The notes under the pieces are model-generated. The model had not been told where the DNA came from. It did no database searches and was given only the letters and a program-made list of their open reading frames with translations. Of a stretch of 64,000 nucleotides of DNA, positions 1-13,089 are shown in pieces. This DNA comes from Leucoraja ocellata. Its lineage: Eukaryota. Each line of letters begins with the position of its first letter. The first letter of the stretch is position 1. A program made the position numbers and the translations under genes. The DNA is taken from NCBI GenBank assembly GCA_036785375.1, contig JAWMAR010000234.1, forward strand, positions 2,480,001-2,544,000, read 5' to 3'.

Positions 1-259
1 ATGAATTGCTTCTTCCCAACAACCATCAAGCTCTTGAACCTTATAAACACTAAATAAACCACAAACTGCAAACTGTCTTGGTTGCACCAATGACTTTGGG
101 CTTTATGCAATAAATATTGGGTGTTTTAATTGAATTAATTTTTTGGTTTATTTTGTTCTCTATGAGTACTGTGTTTACCAGCCTGTTGGTCTGCTGCAAG
201 TAAGAATTTCATTGTTTTGTTTTCTGTACATATGATAATTAAATCCTCTGGATTCTTGA
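1..259 (+). mobile_element. 3' end of Rex1/L2-like LINE (degenerate)
   Basis: 'TTCTTCCCAACAACCATCAAGCTCTTGAAC' resembles the end of ORF2 (SFFP.AIRLLN), followed by a tail resembling GTACATATGACAATAAA..CTTGA. Related copies at 47450, 55418 and 58258. Confidence 0.6.
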
Positions 260-349
260 GAAGGTCAAAAAAATCTGAAGAATTTTGCATTAATTAAAGA
301 TATGTTAACGGACATCATGTAATCCCTATCACACTGACCACAACATTCA

Positions 350-387
350 TACCTCACCCGCTGAGTTTCTCCAGCATTTTTGTCTAC
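350..387. mobile_element. 38-bp Penelope-derived repeat fragment with 12-bp flanking duplication
   Basis: CCTCACCCGCTGAGTTTCTCCAGCATTTTTGTCTAC matches the repeat family seen more than 10 times in the window. It is flanked by CCACAACATTCA at 338-349 and 388-399. Confidence 0.75.
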
Positions 388-763
388 CCACAACATTCAC
401 AGATGTGCATTTTCTGGGAGCATGGGTCTATCTTTTTGCCTAACCCTGGCAAAAAAGGGGTTGGTAGCTGATGGATGAATCAAAATGCAATTGAATCCTC
501 TATTTAAGAACTTCATCAGCAAATCCTAATTCATATGAACTAAATCTTATGTAAATCAATAATAAAATAACCTGCTTAGAGAAATAAAAATAAAATACCC
601 GTGCATTTGCAACGTTTTGAGTTCGTCAAGTACTTTACAGATAATCATGAGAGATGTCAATTGATAACTTTACTACAGAGGTTAAAATAGGAATATCTTA
701 ACCACCTGTCTGGAAAGAACCAGAGGAATGATCTCATAAAAAGGATCAAAGAAAATCACTGAC

Positions 764-948
764 CTAGACATTAGAAGAGATGTTAGCAGAAGATTGCACA
801 TCAAATTTGCATCAAGTAGAATAAGAAAAAACTGCATCTATTTTCTCTTCAATCTCCTAGAAATCCTCTTTGTCCTTCTTTATTAGGATCTGGTAAGACT
901 CCAGTTGGTTGGAATTGGTCTGGTGGTCTTTCAGAGACTGGGTCAGAT
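764..948 (-). ncRNA. Predicted exon H (185 nt) of minus-strand non-coding transcript
   Basis: Acceptor tttttttttcttggttgcacatcgatag|ATCTG and donor TCTAG|gtcagt. Internal stops in the frames read. Confidence 0.5.
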
Positions 949-1304
949 CTATCGATGTGCAACCAAGAAAAAAAAATACAAAATACAAATTGTAGTTCAG
1001 GCTATCATTTTGCAAATCTTCCCAAGATCTAGAGTGGAAAGCAAATGGCTATAAGCTGATTTAATTGTTTCTGGATATAGATACTCCTCCTGTTGCTAAT
1101 ACTGGTGACAGGAGCAAAGTTAAAAGATGAAGGTTTTTTTTCTCTGTTTTTGTCCACCTTGTTCTGAAGAATCTGACTCTTTTGGAGGGTACAGTTCAAT
1201 AGCTGTCAATCATCACCTAACCATTAAAATGTGCATGTGCTCAAGATGAGTACTGACATTCTTAATGTAGAACATAGATAATACAGCAGAGGAACGGCGA
1301 GGAC

Positions 1305-1514
1305 GTGAGTGCTTGGAACACATTACTAGGGCCGGTGGTGGAGGCAGATGAGATATTGGTGTTTAAGAGGCTTTTGGTTAGGCCCATGGAAGTACAGGGA
1401 ATAGTGGGATGTGTATCATGTAAAGGAAGATAAGATCAGTTTAATTGGCATCATGTTTAGCACAAACAATGTGGGCTGAAGGGTCCGTTCCTGTGCTGTA
1501 TTGTCTACGTTCTA
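1305..1514 (+). mobile_element. CR1 LINE 3' end (degenerate)
   Basis: WN.LP..VVEA-type coding remnant plus the CR1 3' UTR GGGCTGAAGGGTCCGTTCCTGTGCTGTA..TTCTA. Confidence 0.75.
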
Positions 1515-1849
1515 CTCAAATTGGGTAATGTAGTCTTCTATATGCATCTGCGAAGTCATGGGTGATTTGGGTTTCTTTGCTAGCAAAATAAAACATAACT
1601 GCATTTTTTCAGCAGAAATCATGAATATGTGCTAAAGGCCTAAAATAGTTCACAGGTGTGGAGGTGTCAGGGGTAGGAATGATGCCAATGATTCAAAGCT
1701 GACATCTCAGTTAATTGATGTGTTGGTGATTGCAAATATGATTAATATTCACAAGCTCAAAAGGCAATACCACATCCTGGAATATTAGGATTGCCAAATG
1801 TTATCATTTTAAAAATACATACATGATTATGTAAACAACAGAAAGGCTC

Positions 1850-1948
1850 GATTGTAATCATGTAGTGACTTTCCGCTGAGTGGTTAGCACACAACAAAAG
1901 CGTTTCACTGTACCTCAGTACACGTGACAATAAACTAAGCTGAACTGA
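1850..1948 (+). mobile_element. Rex1/L2-type LINE or SINE 3' tail
   Basis: TTTCACTGTACCTCAGTACACGTGACAATAAACTAAGCTGAACTGA. The same tail occurs at ~12600, ~55680 and ~58680. Confidence 0.6.
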
Positions 1949-2341
1949 CACATAATTTGATGGTTACAATTTTAATGAGAATTCTTTGAGACATTCATGC
2001 TCTTCTTGACGTTTGCTCTTACAATACAAGGTCTCAAACCCATTTGATCACTGTCTTGTTTCAGCCCCTCCACTTGATCTGGCAAATACCAATGAAGTCA
2101 AAGTTATGAATTACTTAGATTTTCTAGATCTCTTGTCCATAAACAGATACCAGGATAGCAACAGTTCCTTCAATCAATGATGAGGACAGAGGAAAAAATG
2201 CTGTGAAAGATATGCACAAATGCATACATTATCACATAAATGCTGTATCGTTCAGTAACAAACTATTAGCTTTCTGCAGATATTTTCAGGACCTAATAAT
2301 TCTGGTCAGGGTCATATAACCTAAAAGATTCTAAATATAAT

Positions 2342-3380
2342 GTCATAAAGTCATATGGCACTATAACAGGCTCGTCGGGCCAACTCTTCCATGCTGCCTA
2401 AGATGCCTATCTAAGCTAGTCCCATTTACCCCCACATGGCCCATATCCCTCTAAACAATTCCTATTCATGTACCTATCCAAGTGGCTTCTAAAGTTTGCT
2501 AATACACATACCTTAACTACTTTCTCTGAAGCTCATTCCCTATATTCACCATCCTCTTTGTGAGAAAGTTGTCCCTCAGGTTCATATTGAATCTTTACCT
2601 TCTCACCTTAAACCTATGCCCTATTCTAGGAAAATATTCTTTGCATTCACCCTATCTTTGCCCGTTATGATATTATACACCTTTACAAAATCACCCCTCA
2701 GCCTTCTGCACTCCAACGAATAAAATCCTAGCCTGGCCATCCTCTCCATATAGCTCAGGCCCTTGAGTCCTGGCAACATCTTTGTAAACTTTCCCTGCAC
2801 CCTTTCCAGCATAATGGCATCTTTCCTTCAGAGGGCTGACCAAAAACTGAACACAGTACTCCAAGTGTGGCTACACCAACATCCTGTACAACTGTAACAT
2901 AGTGTCCAAACTTCGGTTCCTGACCTGAAACATCACCTGTCCATGTACTCAAGAGATGCTGCCTGACTCGTTAAGTTACTCCAGCACTTTGCGTCTTTTT
3001 TTCCCCCAACTTCTTCACTCATTTCCCTGACTGATGAAGGCCAACATGCCAAAAGCCTTCTTCACCACCTATGTACCTATGATGCCACTTTCAGGGAATT
3101 AAGTACTTATAGGCCTAGATCCCTCTGCTCTACAACACTTCCCAGGGCCCTACTGTTCACTGTAAAGGTCCTGCCCTGGTTTGATGTGCCAAAATACAAC
3201 CGCTCACACTTGTCTGAATTACAATAGCCATTCTACTACCAATTTGCACAGCTGATCAAGAATCTGATGTAACTCTTGATAACCATCTTCACGGTCTTTC
3301 ATCTATTTTAGTGTCATCTGCAAAGTTACCAATCATGCTTTGTACATTTTCATTCAAAGCGTTGACATGTATTATGTTTT
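2342..3380 (-). mobile_element. CR1 LINE 3' portion interrupted by a Penelope-derived repeat (~2915-3000)
   Basis: ORF 2621-2812 LERVQGKFTKMLPGLKGLSYMERMARLGFYSLECRRLRGD is the CR1 RT C-terminus. The 3' tail is at ~2342. Confidence 0.85.
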
Positions 3381-3477
3381 ATCAAGTTTTATTTAAAAAA
3401 ACCTTCTCATGAAGTTATAATGCGACAATCTTAAGATGGAGAAATCACTAGTGTGATAGCAGTTCATAAACGAGAGC

Positions 3478-3672
3478 AGACACATGTTGGAGTAACTCAG
3501 CGTGACAGGCACCATCCCTGGAGAGAAGGAAGGGGTGACGTTTCGGGTCGAGACCCTTCCAGGGTCACCCATTCCTTCTCTCCAGAAATACTGCCTGTCC
3601 CGCTGAGGTTCTCCAGCATTTTGCGTCGATCTTTAATGTAAACCAGCATCTTTGTGCAGTTCTTTTGTTCAC
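3478..3672. mobile_element. Penelope-derived palindromic short repeat
   Basis: TGGAGTAACTCAGCG..GTGACGTTTCGGGTCGAGACCCTT followed by its inverted copy GTCACCCATTCCTTCTCTCCAGA..CTCCAGCATTTTG. Confidence 0.8.
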
Positions 3673-4510
3673 AAACAAGAGATCTAATAGAAGATAAATT
3701 CAATAATAACAGTTCTAATCTCACTTTACATTCAAAGCTGAAAGAAAACATACATTTATTCTTGGTCGCCTCACAATGACAAAGATAACATTTATTTGAT
3801 AACAGTTTTCAATTTATAAATTGTATTATAGATTTTGTTATCAAATGCAAAACTGACCTGCTCTGACATTGGCTTGTTAAGTACAGTGGATTGTATTTAC
3901 TATCTTATAAGATCTCTTGCATCAAGCCATTAAACACAAAACTATGGTGGAAACTAACAAATGACAAAATACATAAGAGTTCACGCTTGTTGTCACAATA
4001 ATATTGCTAAGCTCATTGGGCAAAACATCTCGGACCACAATTTGTGCACACTTGGTTACTTTTGCTACCTTAACAAGTTGACAAACCAAATCATTGGTCA
4101 TTTCTCTCCATTAATAATTTACTCAAAATGCAGTAATCCTAGTGTTGGTAGGGCAGAAAATGATTGTGTTCACACGATCGCTGCATTTTTCATTAGTCTG
4201 GTGCTTGGAAGCACAGCATTTAAATCAAAGAGAAGATAAACATTGTTATAATCTTCATGCACAACCAGGGGCAATGAACTGCCTTAAGATTTTGTGAAAT
4301 ACCCAACATTGTCAACTGACATGTGTTTCCTTTGTGTTAATACTCATTTTATCTAGATTGAATCCAAATTTTATTTTCTTTGTGTAAATTTAATCATTTT
4401 AGTTTCTGTTCAAACACAGTGAGAGATCCATGATTTAAAAAAAATGTTAGTACAGACCTCTAAAGAGCTTATTCAAGTGCATTATGTCTAAATGACAAGT
4501 TTGACATTAC

Positions 4511-4602
4511 CTCTCGGTGACATTGTCCTTCAGCAGGTGTCTTGACTTTCAATGATCTTTTAAGCTTTAAGACCTTGTTGCCGAATATTTATTTTCTTTG
4601 AT
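4511..4602 (-). ncRNA. Predicted exon G (92 nt) of minus-strand non-coding transcript
   Basis: Acceptor ttttttgtttcttttaaag|ATCAAAG and donor GAGAG|gtaatg. Confidence 0.5.
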
Positions 4603-4869
4603 CTTTAAAAGAAACAAAAAAGTATGATTTAAAATCTCACCAGTATGTAAGGACCTACAGTGAGCATCGCAAAACAAGTGTGTTAATTTGATAAAAGACA
4701 CGTGATTGAATTTCCCACGTTTCTTTGCGTCCACATACGAACGTAGCATTCAGGCTTAATCCAGCTATAATGCTATAATGTTTGATCATTGGCTTCTCTG
4801 ACCTGCAACCTGCTCCTTTCGTTTGTTGGTCACCATCTTATCGGTTTTGGTGAATTCCATCTTCCAATG

Positions 4870-5072
4870 AAGATGGACACAAAATACTGGAGTAACTCAG
4901 CGGGTCGGGCGGCATCTCTGGAGAAAAGGAATAGGTGATGTTTTTGGTTGAGACACTTTTTCAGACAGTTAGACCAGTCAGAAGAAAGGTCTCGACGCAA
5001 AGCATCACCTATTACTTTTTTCCAGAGATGCTGCCTGACCCGCTGAGTTACTTCAGCATTTTGTGTCCATCC
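4870..5072. mobile_element. Penelope-derived palindromic short repeat
   Basis: Inverted arms GATGGACACAAAATACTGGAGTAACTCAGCGGGTC ... GACCCGCTGAGTTACTTCAGCATTTTGTGTCCATC. Confidence 0.8.
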
Positions 5073-5424
5073 TTCCATTATTTCTAATAACCTTGAGGCT
5101 TAAATATATTCAGAATAAAGCCCCCTCAAATCTTTCAGTAGGGGGGAATTTTGTGGAATTGGTGTGGAGCTTTCGCATTTTTCAGCTTGAAATTGTGCAA
5201 TCTGGTGCACACTGTAGTGAGTCTTTTAACTTACACTTGAATGCAATATTTATGCTTTAAATTGGATTAGCTATGAATAAGGTTAGGCAAAATTACATTC
5301 CTAATTACATTCCACAGTACAGCCAGGCTCTGATCAACAGGTGCAACGCATGAATGATCCAAGTATATTCATGTATGGAAATCAGATTATAATCAAACAC
5401 TTGGCCCATGTTGACCAACCTGGG

Positions 5425-5700
5425 TCTCACTGCACACCTGGTACTACTCCTGACCCTGACTCCGGGTTGCATACCTTCTCTCATTCCTGACCCTGAGTCC
5501 AGCCTTACACCTGGCCCCCTATTCTACCCTGATCATAGCTGCTTACCTGCTTAGGTTCCCATTGTCCCAGCTTTGACTGCACACCTAGTACTATTCCAGA
5601 CCTTGACTCTGGGTGCACTCTTGGCCTTGCTCCTAGCCCCTCTGCACTAACAATATATCTGGCCCAGACATAAAGCCCCATATCTGACCCCCTGGACATA
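5425..5700. repeat. Degenerate C-rich duplicated/minisatellite-like segment
   Basis: CTGCACACCTGGTACTACTCCTGACCCTGACTCCGGGT (~5430) is repeated as CTGCACACCTAGTACTATTCCAGACCTTGACTCTGGGT (~5577). CCTGACCCTGA units recur. Confidence 0.5.
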
Positions 5701-6489
5701 ACCTATTACGTTCAAGTCCACAGGTGTTTCTCTACTGCGGTAATCTTTTATGGGGCACTTCACAGATCAAATTTTGTATAACAAAATTTGCTACATCCAT
5801 TGGCTTCCTTGTTATCTAACATGCTGGTTACTTTGTCAAAGAAGTCATCAATTGGTTGAACACAATTTCTCATCCATAAAATTAAACTCACTCAGCTGTA
5901 TAAGTATTCTGTTACCATTTCATTCATTTTCAGGACAAACTGTCCTGAAACATTTTCACCCCAATATTTTCAGTATTTTGCTGTCTTCCTCTCAGCTGGG
6001 ACTTTTCCAAAATGCAAAGTCCAATAACTATATATTTAAGCAATATTGTTTTATTAAATGTGATCTTGAGAGTACATAATATTTTCTGTGGTATTCATAA
6101 CACAACAATGATAAAAAATATCTTTATTTTGATTGCACCTACCAGCATGCATACATTATTATATTACAGTTAATATGTACTGAGGGCAATTTTATGTTCC
6201 AATACACCCCATTCCCAATTACTTTTACATTGAAATGATTGAAATCCAAGTGAAGTTTAAATGGCATCAGAAAAATAAAACCTCCGGAATGGATTATATT
6301 CATTATGTGGTTGGTTGGAGTCGGTATCAGCACAATTATTATATTAAACTTTGAATCTTCAGATGTCCTGGTTCAAGCTAAAACTGAAGACAAATAATAA
6401 CCTCCTCACACATTTCCCTGCAAGTATCTGTGTCACTCCTTTAAAATATGTCTCTTCTTTGACCAAGCTCTTAAACATCGCATCTGAAT

Positions 6490-7254
6490 CATAGAAACAT
6501 AGAAATTAGGTGCAGGAGTAGGCCATTCGGCCCTTCGAGCCTGCACCGCCATTCAATATGATCATGGCTGATCATTCAACTCAGTATCCCGTACCTGCCT
6601 TCTCTCCATACCCTCTGATCCCCTTAGCCACAAGGGCCACATCTAACTCCCCCTTAAATATAGCCAATGAACTGGCCTCAACTACCCTCTGTGGCAGAGA
6701 GTTCCAGAGATTCACCACTCTCTGTGTGAAAAAAGTTTTTCTCATCTCGGTTTTAAAGGATTTCCCCCTTATCCTTAAGCTGTGACCCCTTGTCCTGGAC
6801 TTCCCCAACATCGGGAACAATCTTCCTGCATCTAGCCTGTCCAACCCCTTAAGAATTTTGAAAGTTTCTATAAGATCCCCTCTCAATCTCCTAAATTCTA
6901 GAGAGTATAAACCAAGTCTATCCAGTCTTTCTTTATAAGACAGTCCTGACAGTCCAGGAATCAGTCTGGTGAACCTTCTCTGCACTCCCTCTATGGCAAT
7001 AATGTCCTTCCTCAGATTTGGAGACCAAAACTGTACGCAATACTCCAGGTGTGGTCACACCAAGACCCTGTACAACTGCAGTAGAACCTCCCTGCTCCTA
7101 TACTCAAATCCTTTTGCTATGAAAGCTAACATACCATTCGCTTTCTTCACTGCCTGCTGCACCTGCATGTCTACTTTCAATGACTGGTGTACCATGACAC
7201 CCAGGTCTTGCTGCATCTCCCCTTTTCCTAATCGGCCACCATTTAGATAATAGT
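6490..7254 (-). mobile_element. Young 5'-truncated CR1 LINE (RT C-terminus + 3' UTR)
   Basis: Open frame YYLNGGRLGKGEMQQDLGV...QRRFTRLIPGLSGLSYKERLDRLGLYSLEFRRLRGDLIE..WNSLPQRVVEA with a (TTTCTATG)n tail at 6490-6505. Near-identical to 34629-35146. Confidence 0.95.
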
Positions 7255-7522
7255 TTCCATCTGATTACACCCCTCCAGGATGCACCGAGCCACAGCCTGA
7301 TCCATGCCGATCACCTGGGCGAATTCGGCACAGAGACTCTCACGGCAGCGGTGCAATGCTTCCGACGCCTCCGACGGCCCGGGACTCTTGCACTGAGGTT
7401 GCTCCATGGCAGGAGCTGCAGCGTGCGACTCGCCATCCCGGAAAACACTCGCCAGCCTGGCAAACACTCGGCAGCCCCGGCTCCCCATCCGCATCTGCCC
7501 CCGCCGCTGCTTCTGCTTCCAT
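7255..7522 (-). pseudogene. TDP2: TDP2 exon-1-like fragment (N-terminal UBA-like region), frameshifted
   Basis: RESLCAEFAQVIGMDQAVARCILEGCNQME aligns with the recalled human TDP2 sequence RRLLCVEFASVASCDAAVAQCFLAENDWEME. The upstream MEAEAAAGADADGEP is in another frame. The segment is GC/CpG-rich in an AT-rich context. Confidence 0.7.
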
Positions 7523-7559
7523 CCCTCCCTCAGCCCCGGCTCTCCAACACCCGTGGCCA

Positions 7560-7704
7560 ATGCAGTTGATATGAGTTTTGAAATTTTCGTTGATCACAGA
7601 ATTTCTCAAGACAGAGCATGAGAAATTTGTGATCAGCATGAGAGTGTGAGAATTTAGCCAAATGCATGATTCTCACGCTCAATGCGTGAGAGATGGCAGC
7701 CCTG
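7560..7704 (-). mobile_element. hAT-like DNA transposon terminus
   Basis: The minus strand begins CAGGGCTGCCA (Tip100-type TIR CAGGGTTGCCA-like), followed by subterminal TCTCACGC/TCTCATGC repeats. Confidence 0.55.
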
Positions 7705-10700
7705 CCATTCATCACTTAATCATCATATTAAGCTCAATCCATATTTTCTGAACTGCCTTTTGCAATTTCATTCTCTTTAATTTTGTATCATTTTCAAAAA
7801 TAATGTCATGTAGTCAGCTTTGCATCTGGGTTAATTATGCACATTAACTATGATGGTTACAAGATTGGATCCTGTGATACATAATTATTCCGATGAGTAA
7901 TCGCCTCTTCCTTCATTTTAGGTAGTTTCTTACCTGTTCCCAGGGTTTATCTACTTTTCCCATGCTTTGAATAAGACTGAAAGCCTTTCATGTTAAGTGT
8001 TATAAAATGTCTATTTAAGTCAAGGTGCACCGGATCTTGGGAGTTCCCTTAGTTCAAGTAGACTGTCACTTCCTTAAAGTTTTTGAGCAGGTTGATCTGG
8101 CAGAAACTTCCCTGCTGGTTCTACATTGATCTCTGCTTATTAGGGTACCAGTGTCCCGATCATTCTCCAGTTTATTCCTGTCAGTTGATTCTGTACCTTC
8201 ACATGAAAAAGACAGATGGGACTGGTCTTTCCTACTTAATTATCCGTTATGAAAATGAGCATCATGTTCACCAGTTTACAATTTATTAACAGCTCCTTTC
8301 CAGTGGTCACTGTGTTCTCCCTAATGCTTTGTGGATCTTATTACTATGATAAATATCCTTCACCAGGAATTTATTTATTTTAAGCACCTATCTAGTAGTT
8401 CTCACATAAAATTAAGTAATTTGGCAAAATCGTCACCCACATTAAGAAACATGAAAAATAATAATGGTTTAGTTCAGCCCAGATTACATTCATAGGAAGA
8501 ATAATTAGGTACAGTTAATAACAGATACCCGATCCACTACATTGGGTTGTAAATGCTTGCCAAAGTTGAACATTTTGCTCACTGATTTTATTTTGGATAT
8601 TCTTAAGGAGGGTATATGGTTCACAATCTTCATCGCTGAACTCTTGGAAAATATTCTGCATTTTGCTATTATGAGCTCATTCACAATTTTTAACATTTGT
8701 GCTTTTCACTTGCTTAGTTAAACCACAACTGCCTGAAACAATGTTTTACAATTAGGTTTCACCATTTGCTGCTGGTGTTAACTTTCCCTTTTCACGTGTG
8801 TGTAACAACTTCACCCAGTAAAACCAACCTGCCATAATCACAGAATGCAATAAACTAATGGTGTGATATAGCTGTGGTCTTGCAGCAGACAATAATGCAC
8901 TAATCCTGGATGCCACCACTGTTTCTGAAAGCTGGTCCTTTTTGAGTACCAATTCAGCACAAATTTGTACAAAGATCCATAGTTGCTCTCTCCCTGTAAT
9001 TCTGTACACATATCAAACACAATCATCACAGGAGTAATATCCACACAAAACGTCAGGCCAATTGAAAGAAAACAATTAGAAAATTGTTTTGAAATGAGTT
9101 GAACACTATTGTTGAATATGTGAATCAATTTTCTTGTATTAATCCCAGGTTATGGATATCTTGTTGGAAATTAAAGCATCAAGGATATGGGAAAAAGCTG
9201 TTCAAAGCAGATCACTCCTGTGCTTCCTATGTACAACGTGGCATTCTCAGACTCAGTGGGCCGAAGGGCCTGTTTCCAGGCTGTATCTCTGAACGAAACT
9301 AAACTAAAAGTGGTACGGTTCCTTTACTGTTGTAATGTTACAATGCTTATTATGATCAATCGATACTTGCAAAGCAAGAGCCAAGATGCTACCCAGTGGT
9401 AAAAGCTAATTGCAGCAATTTATAAAGAAGAATCTTAAAATAAAATATTTCTTGATATTCAGTACACATTCTCTGGAAAATTGATATGATTATTCTATCC
9501 ATCTTAATAAAACAAATTGGATAAGTTTCTGACATTGAGAATACAATGAGCTATAATAAATAAAGAAGGCTATCTGCTGTGGTGGCAATTCTGAACTATA
9601 TCTTGCACAAATCAATATGCCCTCAACAGCTTTGAACTAGCTCTTTCCCATCATGTGAATGTAGGATATTCAGACAAACTGCTCTGACCCAACCAGGTAA
9701 TATAAAAAATTGCTCACAACTGCTTCTATTTTTCAATTCCATTTCTGAAAATGTACAAAAAGTGTACTTTTGATTTTGAGAGGAATTATGAAATGTTTAA
9801 AAGCACATGCTACCAAAAAGAGCACTTTAGTTGACAACTATTTCTTTAAGAACTATTTAACGGGATTTAACTAATTATTCAACAAGGTGTATCATGTCTC
9901 TAAATACCCTGTGTGTGTGGTATTGCCTATGCAAAAGGTGCAGTTGTGAAAGTGGCAAGTTGCACCAATCGCAGAGGGTTAACAAATGATATCAATACAT
10001 TCCTCTCGACCTTCCCTTTCAATATCGCTGCTTTCTTTGAATCTGTTGGTTAATGAAATTGTACGTTTTTCACCTTTCTTTCACAAAGTATTGTTATGGT
10101 GATTTTAAGTATCCAAAGCAATAGTGAAAGCTCACTCTTAAACCATATATTTTTAACAAAAGCTATAAAGTACTTGTATTTTTAGACATAAACAGGAGAA
10201 AATTCAAGATGTGGGGAGAAAAAAATATGGATCTCATAGATGCGATTGACAGTGAATACACATGTTGATTAACACTGAACCACAAAACACCAAACAAAAG
10301 CAAGAAGTATTAAACACAAATAAACAACATTTAGGTTAAAATCACAATACATATCTAAAGCTTGAAGACAGTAATTGGCTGAGCACACAGAGTTTGTTTG
10401 TTCAGTTGTCACAAAACTAAAGAATCCTGATCATATCATAGATCACTAGATATCGTTATAAAGGTTCCTACTTGACATTGTCCACACATTCTCTGTCATT
10501 CATGTTTCAGATATAAATCAAGCATTCTTATTTAGTAGAACAATGGTCACAATTAAAGCCACATGGCCTAACGTCATACAACCTTACTTCAAAGCAAATA
10601 AAATAACCTTTCTTTTACAACCAACGTAACTGAAGCATTAACATTAGAATTAATAATATAGTCAGGTTACAAATCCTAAAAAAGATTAAATGGTCACGTG

Positions 10701-11254
10701 GCCCTTTTGATTGGGAGCATAAAGATGTCACAGAAAATGTACTAATAAAAATTAATAAATGGCATTTTTTAAATTCTATTAGCATAGAGTTTATTTTTAA
10801 TATTGGAGTAACAATATAACCTTAATTATAAACATCTTTTGATCAACATAAGCACACTACTTTAAAAATGTACATATTCACTAATATAACTATATAAAGA
10901 TAATAAAAGTCACATGACAATATTCAATATGGGAGAAGGAAGAGGAGACCAGGTAATATTATACCACCAAAGTATTTGGTACTTAACAAACACCAAAGTA
11001 TTAAAAAATCTTTATGATCTTGCAGAATGCTTTTTGTTTAAATGTCAATTTAATTGATTTATTAATTTATATTCCAATTGATTTATTGGAACACATTTGT
11101 TTAAGAAAGAAAAATCCTATTTGTATAGATAATTTCCTAAATGTTAGATGATAGCAAAATTATTTTATGCCTAAATGTTGATGAGATTGTGGAAAATACT
11201 CGCTGTGCCATAAGTGGAAAATAAATTGGATTAAAAACATTAAGAACTTTTAAT

Positions 11255-11392
11255 ATTTAAGAAGGAACTGCAGATGCTGGAAAATCGAAGGTAGACAAAA
11301 ATGCTGGAGAAACTCAGCGGGTGAGGAGGCATCTATGGAGCTCCATCGAAGCTGCCTCACCCGCTGAGTTTCTCCAGCATTTTTGTCTACCC
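11255..11392. mobile_element. Penelope-derived palindromic short repeat
   Basis: GGTAGACAAAAATGCTGGAGAAACTCAGCGGGTGAGG and its inverted copy, flanked by AAGAAC(A)TTTTAATA duplication. Confidence 0.85.
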
Positions 11393-12309
11393 AAGAACAT
11401 TTAATAAATAAGCTATCAGTAATAAAATCATTCCATTTTCATTCTAAAAGAGGGCTTAATTTATACAGATTTGCTTCTCATTGGTTGATACTAAAATTGC
11501 AATAGTTTCCAATACAAAGATTAAAACAGCAACATTACTTGAAGAACCTAGTGTGAAATGTTATTAGTAAATTATTGAGGCTCAACAATGCACCAAAGAT
11601 ACTAAATAGATGGAAGTTAAAAGTAAACAACAACAAAAAAAAATCACGTGGTACTTCACAAATGGGTACAAGACTTTCGGTACCAGGAAAGAAGAATGAA
11701 AACTATGTCAAAGCAATGGGTTAAAGGGAATACAAACAGAGACACACAGAGGGGTGGTTTTAACTGAAATTTTACATTTCACACTCCATCCAACTTTACA
11801 TTTGATGATTTCAATGGAAAGTAAATTGGGTGGGATGCACAGGAACAACTCATTTAATCCTGTCAGTTTTAACGTAACCAGATAGCTTAGATTAAGTTAT
11901 ATTCTTAGCTTCTATTATTTCCAATATGCATTGAAAGTAAAGAAAAGGTTAAAGAGTTATTAGAATATGAATCCCAAAACCGAGAAATCAGCGAAGAAAT
12001 GCCAACCTTAGGAAAATGTTGGATCTTCTGGAAGAATGAGAGGTAATCTCAGTGAAACATATAAAATTCTCATGGGTTGGACTGGGTAGATGCAGAAATG
12101 AGACTACTCCGGGCTGGGTTGTTTAGAACATGCGAGTGGATGGAAGGGGCACAGTCTCAAATAGGGCTCAGCCATTCAACCAGGGCTGTAAGGAAATGCC
12201 ATCATTGTCATACATTCATTGGAGTAACTTAACGGGACAGGCAGCATCTCTGAAAAGAAGGATTGGGTGACGTTTAGGGTTGAGACCTTTCTTCCGACTC
12301 ATTTACTGG

Positions 12310-12477
12310 CAGCGGCGGACTGACCAGGGTGTCAGCTTGCCTGATGGCAAGTGGGCCCCTGATGAAGTGATAGCAAATGATGGCAAGTGGGCTCCCTGTT
12401 AAATGATAGCATTGTAGTTGTGGGTGGGCCCCCTTTGTCTCCTGGCAACCAATATTTTTAGACCCAGTCCACGACTG
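12310..12477. mobile_element. hAT-family MITE
   Basis: TIRs CAGCGGCGGACTG / CAGTCCACGACTG with a perfect 8-bp TSD TTTACTGG (12302-12309, 12478-12485). Confidence 0.9.
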
Positions 12478-13089
12478 TTTACTGGGTATATTCAAGTTTA
12501 ACCAATGGTTTTTGGATATTAAGTAATTCAAAGGTTTTGGCATTTTGGGCAGGAAGGTGGGACTGAGCTAAAAAGTCAACTAATGTATGATTTTCCTGGA
12601 TAGCAAACAAAAGGTTTTTCACTGTATCATGCTACACGTGACAATAATAACCTGATACATTTCCAACCATGATCTTTTTCATTGGCAGAGCAGGTTTGAG
12701 GGGCAAAGTAGACATCTCCAGTTTCCAATTTTAATGTTCAAAATGGCAACTTTCACTAACATTCCTTACAGAACTAAGCATATAGTAGTTTTGGCTTCCC
12801 TAAAGTGAAGATAATGGATACTAAACTCAATAGCTCCTGAAATTGGGCACAAAAATTTCAATATGTGATTAGCTTCACACCCATTCGAGGTAATGAGAGA
12901 GTGCATTAACTTTGTATTGCCTGTTAATTATTGAGATTGCAGTGCCAGAACAGCGTAAACCATGCTATTTATTAACTAGATGCTGCGGCAGGAGGCCAAT
13001 AATGCAAACAGCTAAAAAATTTTTTTTTTTTTAAAAGCCTCACTGTTTAAACTAGCTTGAACCTGTTACAGGGAGGTGCAGGTGCTGGC

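Noticed and set aside
2176-2193. NDEDRG hexapeptide as in the TUNAR micropeptide
   Set aside because: No suitable start and no following transmembrane helix; a chance match.
7929-7940. Strong minus-strand donor GAACAG|gtaaga
   Set aside because: No convincing acceptor, and it lies in what appears to be decayed LINE sequence.
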